A DNA stretch of 32,000 nucleotides from Candidatus Saccharimonadota bacterium (lineage in GTDB: Archaea > Micrarchaeota > Micrarchaeia > Micrarchaeales > Micrarchaeaceae): NCBI GenBank assembly GCA_963705375.1, contig OY970071.1, positions 840,001-872,000 of the forward strand, read 5' to 3'. The notes below the pieces were generated by a model that saw only the letters and a list, made by a program, of their open reading frames with translations, did not search any database and was not told where the DNA came from. How positions within the stretch are numbered: position 1 is the stretch's first letter; every line of letters begins with the position of its first letter. Positions 9,665 through 17,193 of this stretch are shown here, in pieces. Both the position numbers and the translations under genes were made by a program.

Positions 9665-9682
9665 GACTTTTGTCCCAGAGTC
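9665..9682. repeat. IS terminal inverted repeat (right)
   Basis: GACTTTTGTCCCAGAGTC. Confidence 0.85.
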
Positions 9683-9691
9683 CCGACATGA
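9683..9691. repeat. target-site duplication, right copy (CCGACATGA)
   Basis: Identical to 8417-8425. Confidence 0.8.
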
Positions 9692-9794
9692 TGTACTTCT
9701 ATATTTGGCATAATACCACCACGATAAATATATTTTACTCAGGTAATATATATTGGTATCTTTTGCTCTTACTGTGGCTTATAAAAATACTGGT

Positions 9795-10298
9795 TCACGG
9801 CAAGGATACTAAGCCCAGTTTGTCTACGAGTTCTTTCTCTTCTTTGAGCCATTTGGTTATGGATTTTTGCGTGTCAAATTTATACGCAGTGCAAAGATTA
9901 GCATCCTTGCCAAAGATGATGCCTCTGTCAAGATGTGTTGAGCCTGAAACCCTTGCATTTCCCTTTACTTGTACGCTGCCTGAAATGTGTGCGTGGTCAA
10001 GTACTTGTGCTGAACCAAATATCTTCGCATTCTCATAGACCCACGCGCTGCCATAAACTTTTGCTTTGCTTAGGACAAGAGCGTTGGGGCCGATATATGT
10101 ATGTTTGCCTGCGAAAGCAGTAGCTTCTACAAAGCCACCTACCGTTTTATCGAAATTTATGTGCCTATGGAAATGTCTATGGCTGCCAGAAGTCTTTGAA
10201 ATTACGTGAAGCACGCTAGAAGGTAGCCGTCTCAAGTTCCTATGGCTGAACGATGCGCCTTGTTTAAAGATATATGTATCGCTTGTGACCTTTGCCAT
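9795..10298 (-). CDS. hexapeptide-repeat (left-handed beta-helix, YdcK/bactofilin-like) protein
   Basis: Strict 6-residue periodicity over about 10 turns: GSAWVY/ENAKIF/GSAQVL/DHAHIS/GSVQVK/GNARVS/GSTHLD. The N-terminus is His-rich (HRHFHRH). ATG at 10298; the track's TTG at 10310 is less likely. A TATA-like TATTATATG lies upstream. Confidence 0.6.
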   Translation of the reverse strand: MAKVTSDTYIFKQGASFSHRNLRRLPSSVLHVISKTSGSHRHFHRHINFDKTVGGFVEATAFAGKHTYIGPNALVLSKAKVYGSAWVYENAKIFGSAQVLDHAHISGSVQVKGNARVSGSTHLDRGIIFGKDANLCTAYKFDTQKSITKWLKEEKELVDKLGLVSLP

Positions 10299-10471
10299 AT
10301 CCAATCCCAAATAGGCTTTTGTTTAAAAACATATAATACTTTGTGGTTATGGTAGCTGAAATGGAAAATATTGAGACATTCTTTATGTGAGAAGGTCCTT
10401 TTAGGTGTCTAAAGTTGAATCCATAAACAAGTGCTTATCTGTCGATACGAGTCGATATATGCTATGTGCCG

Positions 10472-11503
10472 CTATTCAACCATCTGGTATTCTAGCTTAT
10501 CGAGGTCACAGAAATTAGTCGTGTAGGTGTATGCGCCAGCGTTCAGGAACCTTATCCTATCGCCCACTTCTGGCTTCTTAAGATAAACCCTGTACCTGAA
10601 TATGTCTTCAGAATCCGGAATGCAGCCCTTTATCAAGTATGGTGTCCCTCTCTCCAATTCACCATCAACCTTAAGCTTTATGTTGGCCACTATCGTGTCC
10701 ATCGCCGAATTGAAGACAGAGCAGTTTATCAGGACGGTGTTGCCGTTTATGCCTATGATTCCGGCATCGAGGCTTATGCAAGGACCAGCTATGAAGCGGC
10801 CGGGCTCTGCTATCAGCATTATCCCATACTCCTTGTTCAGCCAGTTCCTGAACTCGCCTATCTTTCCCATTATGCTAGGTAACAGGTCGTCTCCGTTGTA
10901 GTTCTTGTACTCTATAGGTATGCCGCCGCCTATGTCGAGCATGTCGATAGCCTTGAGCGTTTCTTCCTCAAGGACTTCTGCCATCTCACTCTTAAGATCC
11001 CACTCGCCTATGTTCATCGTCTTTCTGTGGAAATGAACACCAAGCTTCTCAATCCTATCATCGCCGCGCAGCCCACTGACAAGCCTGTTCACCTCAGCAG
11101 AATACATGCCGTAAACGTAATGCCTCTCCGTCCTTATCGTCCTTTCCTTCATCCTTAACCTGAGGAACAGATCTATCCTATCTTTGCTCTTAAGTTCTTT
11201 CAGGAGCGTTTCGAGGTCATTGTGGTTGTCCACAATGAACCTGTGAACGCCCAATTTCATGAGCTCTCTGATTGCCTTGCCATTCCAGCTTTGCGCTACA
11301 AATATCACTCTGCCCCTGTCATTTATCCTTTCAAGCGACTTTGCAAAATGTACCGTGAATAACGAATCTGTGTATTTCTCGAGCAGCGTACCGACCGTCG
11401 GGTTTGTCTTGAAGCTATAAGATATTTTGTCTGCGACCTCTTTGAGCCTAGAATACTGTCTGAGCATGGCTGATTTGCTCAGCACGAACTTGGCGTTTTC
11501 CAT
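10472..11503 (-). CDS. PLP-dependent group IV decarboxylase (Orn/Arg/Lys/DAP-decarboxylase fold), substrate unclear
   Basis: Has the SFKTNP PLP-lysine motif, HFH, DIGGGIP, AEPGRFI and GAYT motifs. At 343 aa it is short for the family. Its ATG directly abuts the dys stop codon. Confidence 0.75.
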   Translation of the reverse strand: MENAKFVLSKSAMLRQYSRLKEVADKISYSFKTNPTVGTLLEKYTDSLFTVHFAKSLERINDRGRVIFVAQSWNGKAIRELMKLGVHRFIVDNHNDLETLLKELKSKDRIDLFLRLRMKERTIRTERHYVYGMYSAEVNRLVSGLRGDDRIEKLGVHFHRKTMNIGEWDLKSEMAEVLEEETLKAIDMLDIGGGIPIEYKNYNGDDLLPSIMGKIGEFRNWLNKEYGIMLIAEPGRFIAGPCISLDAGIIGINGNTVLINCSVFNSAMDTIVANIKLKVDGELERGTPYLIKGCIPDSEDIFRYRVYLKKPEVGDRIRFLNAGAYTYTTNFCDLDKLEYQMVE

Positions 11504-12448
11504 CTATTCACTCTTTATCAACTTCTTCTTCGCAAGCTCGTCGAGCACCTTTGTCATAACAAGGGGAAAGTTGATCGTCACATCGCCGATGACCGTGACT
11601 GCATCTGCAGTGTCCTTTATCTTGCCCCAACTCTTCGCCTCTTGTGTGCTGGCGCCGCTCATGCTCCCTGACGACTCATGCGCAGTGGTCATGTATACTG
11701 CATAGTCAAATCCTCCATTGATAAGGCATGCAAACATCGCATAATGCTTCGAAACGCCCCCTCCCAGGCACACGACGCCCTTTATATCATCGTGCGTAAC
11801 TCCAAGAATCACATCCCCAAAGTCTTTTACAACATCAACAACGAAGTCTTGGTGGTCCTGCTGAAACATGTACAAGTGAAACCCAAAAGCGCCATCTGTG
11901 ATTGCTGGGCAGTATATTGGAATGTTGTTTCGTGCAGCCTGGTAGAGTATCGAATCCTCGTCATTCAGACCGTTGCCTATCTCTTTGAGGAGCTCTGCTG
12001 CAGGCCATCTCTTCTTTTTCTCATAAGCCTTAGAGAGAATATTCCTCATCGTGTTCTCGAACTTCTCGTAGCTTGCGGTCTTGATGAAAAGATTGCCTAC
12101 TCTGTTGACGCCCTCTTCGTTGAGCGCAACATCATCAACGCTGAAACTCCCTATCACGAATTTTTCCCCGCTTGCCCTCATTATGTCTTCTTCAACGCTT
12201 CCGACAGTAGTTACTACAAAATCCACAATGCATAGCTTTATCAGTTGCGCGAAGAAACCACGCAAACCAGAAGTCGTCATATTTGACGTGAATGTAAGGA
12301 ATATCTTTGCTCCGGCCTCTTTCATCTTGATTATAGTGTCTGCCGCTTTCCTGAGCTCTATGCTCTGGAATCCTAGAGACCCGAACTGCTCAATCATCTC
12401 ACTAGCCGTTATGCCATTTTTCCACTTAAAGTCTTTGACATAGTACAT
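11504..12448 (-). CDS. dys: deoxyhypusine synthase
   Basis: 314 aa. Has the TSNMTTSGLR motif and a C-terminal EAKSWGK containing the catalytic lysine. Full-length DHS architecture. Confidence 0.9.
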   Translation of the reverse strand: MYYVKDFKWKNGITASEMIEQFGSLGFQSIELRKAADTIIKMKEAGAKIFLTFTSNMTTSGLRGFFAQLIKLCIVDFVVTTVGSVEEDIMRASGEKFVIGSFSVDDVALNEEGVNRVGNLFIKTASYEKFENTMRNILSKAYEKKKRWPAAELLKEIGNGLNDEDSILYQAARNNIPIYCPAITDGAFGFHLYMFQQDHQDFVVDVVKDFGDVILGVTHDDIKGVVCLGGGVSKHYAMFACLINGGFDYAVYMTTAHESSGSMSGASTQEAKSWGKIKDTADAVTVIGDVTINFPLVMTKVLDELAKKKLIKSE

Positions 12449-12551
12449 CTGATCACATAAAGTAGCCCCTAAAGGGTCACTAACGTTATCCTCTTAGTAA
12501 ACAAGCAATAAATAACATCTCATTCGTCGGATTGGTGTGTCATTTTGGAGC

Positions 12552-13472
12552 CTAACGCACTATTTCTGTGCCTGATTTGCCTGCCAGAATGGCATCCAAC
12601 TTGAAAAGGCTTCCGATGTATGCCTTTTTGCCCCCTTTTTCAACGAACCTTGCACATGCGAGAAGCTTTGGAAGCATCGTGCCCTCTTCAAATTCGTCGA
12701 GCATCTCCTCAAGTTCTCTTGCCTTTATTCTTCTTATTTGATGTTTCATGTTATGGTCCCTATAGACTCCATTCACATTCGTAAGTATTACCAGCACGTC
12801 AGCGTCTAAAGAGTTAGCAAGTAGCTGTGCTGTCAAGTCTTTGTCTATTACTGCGTCTATTCCTTTGTATGATCCATTCTTCCCTACTACAGGTATGCCT
12901 CCTCCGCCTGCTGCTATCACTACGGCTTTTCTATCAACAAGCTCGCGTATGGGTTCAATCTCGACTATTCTCAAAGGTCTTGGAGATGCCACGACCCTTC
13001 TGTATCCGTTCTTTCCCTTGACGAAGCTGAAGTGCTCTTTCCTCAGCTCGCTCTCCAGCTGCGCGCGCGTATAGAAAGGACCCACCGGCTTGGTAGGTTT
13101 CGTAAATGCATCATCGCTTCTGTCAACCACTACGTGTGTGAGAAGTGCAACAACCGCTCGGTCTACTTTCATTCTTGCCAGTTCGTGTTTAAGTGCCAGT
13201 TCGAGTATTGTGCCGATTAGGGCCTGTGTTTCTGCATTTAGGGCCGGCAAAGGCAGTTCTGGAATTTCTTTCTTTGCAAACTTGTTGCGAAGCAGCTCGT
13301 CCCCAACTTGCGGACCGTTGCCATGGGTTATTATTATACTAGTTTCTTTCTTTGCGAGTAGCGGTCGCATGTTTCTTGCCATCCTTAGTGCATTGCGATA
13401 CTGGACCTCAAATGTGGGCTTCTGCCCAAAATCTAGCAGCGCGTTGCCACCTAGCGCGACCACAATCTTCAT
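12552..13472 (-). CDS. arcC: carbamate kinase
   Basis: MKIVVALGGNALL, ITHGNGPQVG and AAGGGGIPV motifs; 306 aa. Confidence 0.85.
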   Translation of the reverse strand: MKIVVALGGNALLDFGQKPTFEVQYRNALRMARNMRPLLAKKETSIIITHGNGPQVGDELLRNKFAKKEIPELPLPALNAETQALIGTILELALKHELARMKVDRAVVALLTHVVVDRSDDAFTKPTKPVGPFYTRAQLESELRKEHFSFVKGKNGYRRVVASPRPLRIVEIEPIRELVDRKAVVIAAGGGGIPVVGKNGSYKGIDAVIDKDLTAQLLANSLDADVLVILTNVNGVYRDHNMKHQIRRIKARELEEMLDEFEEGTMLPKLLACARFVEKGGKKAYIGSLFKLDAILAGKSGTEIVR

Positions 13473-13532
13473 ATTTCATGCTTCGATGGAAAGAATAAAT
13501 ACCCTATCGGGCAATCCTAACTTGCTGATTGC

Positions 13533-14129
13533 ATGATAAAACTGCTGATATTTGACGTCGGAGGCGTTATCATAGACTATAGCGAAGACGATTATATTCA
13601 CTACATATCTGATAAGTTCGACCTCGACTTTAAAAAATTTGCAATGGCGCTGAATCCTCTTGTGAAAGAGATGGACTATGGCAGGACTAAGGTGGGCTAT
13701 GTAGAGTCAAAACTGTCAAGGCTGTTTGATGTTCCTGAACTGGACCTCGAATGGATAGGCGCATACAAGAAGCTTGCAAAGCTTGACATCAAGGTCGCAA
13801 AGTTCGTATTGAAGCTGTCAAGACGTTACCAGACCGTCATGCTGTCAAACATAAGTGCCACTAGATACCTCGAATCGAAACGGCTGTTTCTCAACAAGTT
13901 CGATCGTTGCAGGACATTCGCTTCATGCTACCTGCACATGAGGAAACCAGAGCGCAGAATGTACTTGTATGTTTTGAAAAAGATGAACGTCAAGCCAGAA
14001 GAAGCGCTTTTCATAGACAACATGCAAGATAACGTAGAAGGTGCCCAAAAGGCTGGAATAAGGTCGATAAGGTTCACAAGCTACCAGCAACTGGTAAAGG
14101 CGTTGAAGAGTTACGGAATAACTCTCTGA
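13533..14129 (+). CDS. HAD-superfamily hydrolase (subfamily IA-like)
   Basis: Has an LLIFDVGGVIID motif I variant, a SN motif II region and a C-terminal FIDNMQDNVEGA (motif IV-like). Confidence 0.7.
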   Translation: MIKLLIFDVGGVIIDYSEDDYIHYISDKFDLDFKKFAMALNPLVKEMDYGRTKVGYVESKLSRLFDVPELDLEWIGAYKKLAKLDIKVAKFVLKLSRRYQTVMLSNISATRYLESKRLFLNKFDRCRTFASCYLHMRKPERRMYLYVLKKMNVKPEEALFIDNMQDNVEGAQKAGIRSIRFTSYQQLVKALKSYGITL

Positions 14130-14237
14130 CCTTCTGCAGATAAAAATTAGTCTGACGTTTTCTGTCCTCAACTGAAGATAAACCTTAAGAATGCATAAAG
14201 AGCATCCTATACCTTAGATAATCTCATCGTTTGATGG

Positions 14238-15704
14238 ATGTGTGTTCGAATGGAAGAAAAGGACGAAACAGCTGGTATGACTGCAAAGAAGGCTGAGAAC
14301 TTTGACGAGTGGTACACGCAAGTTATAACGCATTCTAAGATTGCCGACTACACGCCGGTTTCCGGGTGCCTTGCATTCAGACCCGACAGCTATTTTGCCT
14401 GGGAGACTATACAAGCTGCAACAGACGCGCTATTCAAGAAAGAAGGCATATTGAATGCATACTTTCCCCTTCTGATACCGAAGTCATTGCTGGAAAAGGA
14501 AGCCGAGCACATAAAGGGTTTCTCTCCAGAAGTCGCATGGGTCACCAAGACCGGAGATTCAGACCTTTCCGAGCCTCTTGCCATCAGACCGACCTCCGAA
14601 ACGATAATGTATGCCTGCATGTCTGGCTGGATTCGATCGTGGAGGGATCTTCCGATGCGTCTGAATCAGTGGAATTCTGTGCTTAGATGGGAATTCAAGC
14701 ATCCGGTGCCTTTCCTAAGGAGTCGGGAGTTCCTTTGGAATGAGGGTCACACTGTGTTTGCAAGCCAGAAAGAGGCCGATGCGGAACGTGACGTTATTCT
14801 TGGCATATACCTCAAGATACTGAAAGAGTATCTTGCGCTGCCTGGCGTTGCAGGTAGAAAGTCAGAAACAGAGAAGTTCGCAGGTGCAGTAGCAAGCTAC
14901 AGCATAGAGCACATGCTGCCTGACGGGAGGGCGATACAGGGTCCCGACTTCCACAGTGACGGGCAGAACTTCGCAAAAGCCTACAGTCTGCGCTTCATAA
15001 ACAAAAACGGAGAGCAAGAGTATGCCTACCAGAACACCTTTGCAATATCTACGAGAGAGCTTGGTGTCCTCGTTGCGGTTCACAGCGACGACCGCGGTCT
15101 CGTTATGCCTCCGAAGCTCGCGCGCATACAAGTTGTGATAGTGCCAATCTACAACGACAGAAACAAAGAGCACGTCTTAAAAGAGGCAGACAAGCTCCGC
15201 ACCACACTAAAGGACAAATTCAGAGTTCACCTTGACGACCGTGATGTGTATTCTCCTGGTTGGAAGTTCAATGAGTGGGAACTCAAGGGCGTACCGATAA
15301 GGCTAGAGCTAGGAGAGCGTGACATAACTGCTGGCAAAGTGGTCCTTGTAGGTAGGACTTCTTTGGAAAAAGAAAACGTGCCCATCGACGATGTGGTGCC
15401 CAAGATCGCTGAGCTACTGGAGAAGATCCATGAAGACCTGTACAAGAAGGCGGAACATCTCCTTAGCTCGAGCACACACCCTGTTGATACGTACGACGAA
15501 CTAAAGCATGCAATAAAGTCAAAAGGCGGTTTCGCACAGGCTGCATGGTGTGGCGGCCACGACTGCGAGTCTAAGGTTAAAGAAGATACTGGCGCAAAGC
15601 TGACAAACATGCCTCTGGACATCCAGGATAAAGTCAAAGCAAAACGCTGTGCTGTGTGCAACAACGCTGCAAAGCACATTGCCAACTTCGCGAAATCATA
15701 TTGA
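14238..15704 (+). CDS. proS: prolyl-tRNA synthetase, archaeal/eukaryotic type
   Basis: Has FDEWYTQVI, class II motifs, and a C-terminal Cys-rich domain that ends in the conserved Y (FAKSY). Alternative starts lie at 14250 and 14277. Confidence 0.9.
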   Translation: MCVRMEEKDETAGMTAKKAENFDEWYTQVITHSKIADYTPVSGCLAFRPDSYFAWETIQAATDALFKKEGILNAYFPLLIPKSLLEKEAEHIKGFSPEVAWVTKTGDSDLSEPLAIRPTSETIMYACMSGWIRSWRDLPMRLNQWNSVLRWEFKHPVPFLRSREFLWNEGHTVFASQKEADAERDVILGIYLKILKEYLALPGVAGRKSETEKFAGAVASYSIEHMLPDGRAIQGPDFHSDGQNFAKAYSLRFINKNGEQEYAYQNTFAISTRELGVLVAVHSDDRGLVMPPKLARIQVVIVPIYNDRNKEHVLKEADKLRTTLKDKFRVHLDDRDVYSPGWKFNEWELKGVPIRLELGERDITAGKVVLVGRTSLEKENVPIDDVVPKIAELLEKIHEDLYKKAEHLLSSSTHPVDTYDELKHAIKSKGGFAQAAWCGGHDCESKVKEDTGAKLTNMPLDIQDKVKAKRCAVCNNAAKHIANFAKSY

Positions 15705-15780
15705 CGCGCCATCTGCTAGTGTCCCTACCGTCCCAAACGTCAACATCAGGATTAAGAATCATAATATCCCAATCAGTTTA

Positions 15781-15853
15781 AGCCCCGTCGTCTAGCGGCC
15801 AAGGACCGCGGGCTTTGGACCCGTGTACATCGGTTCGAATCCGGTCGGGGCTA
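15781..15853 (+). tRNA. tRNA-Gln (anticodon UUG)
   Basis: A hand-folded 73-nt cloverleaf. Acceptor stem AGCCCCG/CGGGGCU with A1-U72. D-stem GUCU/GGAC. Anticodon stem GCGGG/CCCGU with loop CUUUGGA. T-arm AUCGG-UUCGAAU-CCGGU. Discriminator A. No encoded CCA. Confidence 0.85.
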
Positions 15854-15878
15854 ATCCGGTTTTACGAGAGCGTCTGCC

Positions 15879-15901
15879 GACGTTCGAATCCGGTCAGGCT
15901 A
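15879..15901 (+). repeat. degenerate duplicate of the tRNA-Gln 3' end (att-like remnant)
   Basis: GTTCGAATCCGGTC at 15882-15895 is identical to tRNA positions 15833-15846 and is followed by AGGCTA (tRNA has GGGGCTA). A further copy of AATCCGGT sits at 15853-15860. Confidence 0.6.
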
Positions 15902-16116
15902 CTCTTATTCTGTAGGCTCAAGCAATTCTTGAGCGAACGGCATACGTTCGAGGATTGGAGAAATACTTGCTTTATGTAGTGGATAGGGCTGAGATCGATT
16001 GGTAATTCGATGCCCTGCCGCCAAAAAGAACTTATAAGTATCTTGAAATTCACACAAAAGTGTGTCTATATACTGTCCGTATCTATAGCTGTGCCGTATC
16101 AAAAAGTGAGCTGAAG

Positions 16117-17049
16117 ATGGAAAAACACATAACAGGCCCTATGCCCGTTTATAGAGGTAACAACTCCCCTGCATCTTTAGTAAGACGGGACAACGGACAA
16201 GTCTCATCACCTCCGGATGTAATTACAGAACATGCCGAATACCACGTCAGTCTGGCTTTTCACATGAGTATGGCCAGCATCAACCTAAGCCGGCACGACG
16301 GTATTGTGCTCGAAACAGGATTCGATCCTTATTATAAAGTGGGGCCCGAGGTGCTATTGGCTACCAAAGGATGTGACATGTTGCTGCTTTCTAATTTGAT
16401 GTTAGAACATCCACTGCCAATATTCTATGCCGACCTTCCAAGTCCGCCAGTGTTCAACAAGGCCAAAAACAGCACATTAGGCTACTTTGCACACGTGTTT
16501 ATTGTCGGAATGGTGCCAAGCATGTCAAGTGCACTGCTGGCTTTCACACATGTCCCCTACACATTGCCTTTAGGTCTACCTTTTGCAATTGAGTTTGTAA
16601 ATGGGGCACTTGCACTTGCGATAGCACCACACGAGAACAAGAAACTAAACAAGATGGTCGGATATGCGATGTTGTCTAACTTCTGGACCGCTGCTGGGTT
16701 CAGGAGTGCTGCAACTGCACAGAAGGTCGACGATTTTATAGCTCCAGCACTGCAGGAAAAGCTGGGGAGAAAGCCGAGCATTGCTCTCCGTTATGGTGCT
16801 GGGCACGCCGACCTAATACCTTTGTTATCACACAGACGCATAAGGAACGCAATAATGGCTGTGCACAAAAAAGACTGGCTTGTGGATAGACAGTATGTCA
16901 CTCGTGTGAGCGAAATCAATTTTGATGGCGAACCTTTGCAGCTGGGTCCGATAGTATGGCAAAAAGAAGAAGAGGCTTCAGTTGGGCCGATAAACTACAA
17001 ATATCAGCACCTAATTTACGATGTCGGGTTGTCAGGCGACGAGCAATAA
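16117..17049 (+). CDS. orphan membrane-associated protein, possibly distant TraB/PrgY/Tiki-like
   Basis: Open frame starting at MEKHITG, with central hydrophobic helices. Three motifs loosely resemble TraB-family signatures: EYHVS (compare GTAHVS), HDGIVLE (compare D.V.VEL) and RYGAGHADL (compare VGAGH). The functional call is weak. Confidence 0.4.
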   Translation: MEKHITGPMPVYRGNNSPASLVRRDNGQVSSPPDVITEHAEYHVSLAFHMSMASINLSRHDGIVLETGFDPYYKVGPEVLLATKGCDMLLLSNLMLEHPLPIFYADLPSPPVFNKAKNSTLGYFAHVFIVGMVPSMSSALLAFTHVPYTLPLGLPFAIEFVNGALALAIAPHENKKLNKMVGYAMLSNFWTAAGFRSAATAQKVDDFIAPALQEKLGRKPSIALRYGAGHADLIPLLSHRRIRNAIMAVHKKDWLVDRQYVTRVSEINFDGEPLQLGPIVWQKEEEASVGPINYKYQHLIYDVGLSGDEQ

Positions 17050-17193
17050 TGGACGAATGTTGCATCATATGCCAAATTCTTCCAATGGCTGGGTGCGCAC
17101 CGATAACGTAATTTATACCGGAGCAAACCATTACCTGCGCCATAATCCTTATTCTTGACAATACTTGGCGCAACTGCTTAATTTCTATGTTGT

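Larger units (their letters stand above)
8426..9682 (-). mobile_element. insertion sequence, IS4/IS5-type DDE transposase element (1257 bp)
   Basis: 18-bp terminal inverted repeats match 17/18: GATTCTGGGACAAAAGTC at 8426-8443 versus the reverse complement of 9665-9682. They are flanked by the 9-bp direct repeat CCGACATGA. The element carries a transposase and a divergent small ORF. Confidence 0.85.

Noticed and set aside
9622-10038. 138-aa plus-strand ORF
   Set aside because: It starts inside the IS small ORF, crosses the IS boundary and intergenic DNA, then runs antisense to the hexapeptide-repeat gene. It makes no coherent gene.
12841-13536. Plus-strand ORFs of 77, 62 and 148 aa
   Set aside because: They lie antisense to carbamate kinase and have Ser/Leu-rich low-complexity translations.
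15227-15712. 161-aa minus-strand ORF
   Set aside because: It lies entirely antisense within proS.
15879-15901. tRNA-like fragment as the 3' half of a split tRNA gene
   Set aside because: The would-be T-stem (CGACG/CCGGU) does not pair, the acceptor strand is degenerate, and there is no leader complementarity. A decayed att-type duplicate explains it better.
15862-16102. Minus-strand ORFs of 63 and 65 aa in the spacer after tRNA-Gln, and a 7-bp hairpin at 15916-15934
   Set aside because: The ORFs overlap each other and the tRNA remnant, and show no start context or motifs. The hairpin alone is not enough to call a ncRNA or a terminator.
16060-16116. N-terminal extension (MCLYTVRIYSCAVSKSELK) of ORF 16060..17049
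   Set aside because: It overlaps the TATA-like CTATATAC promoter sequence and begins at a non-ATG start. The ATG at 16117 (MEKHITG) is the more credible start.
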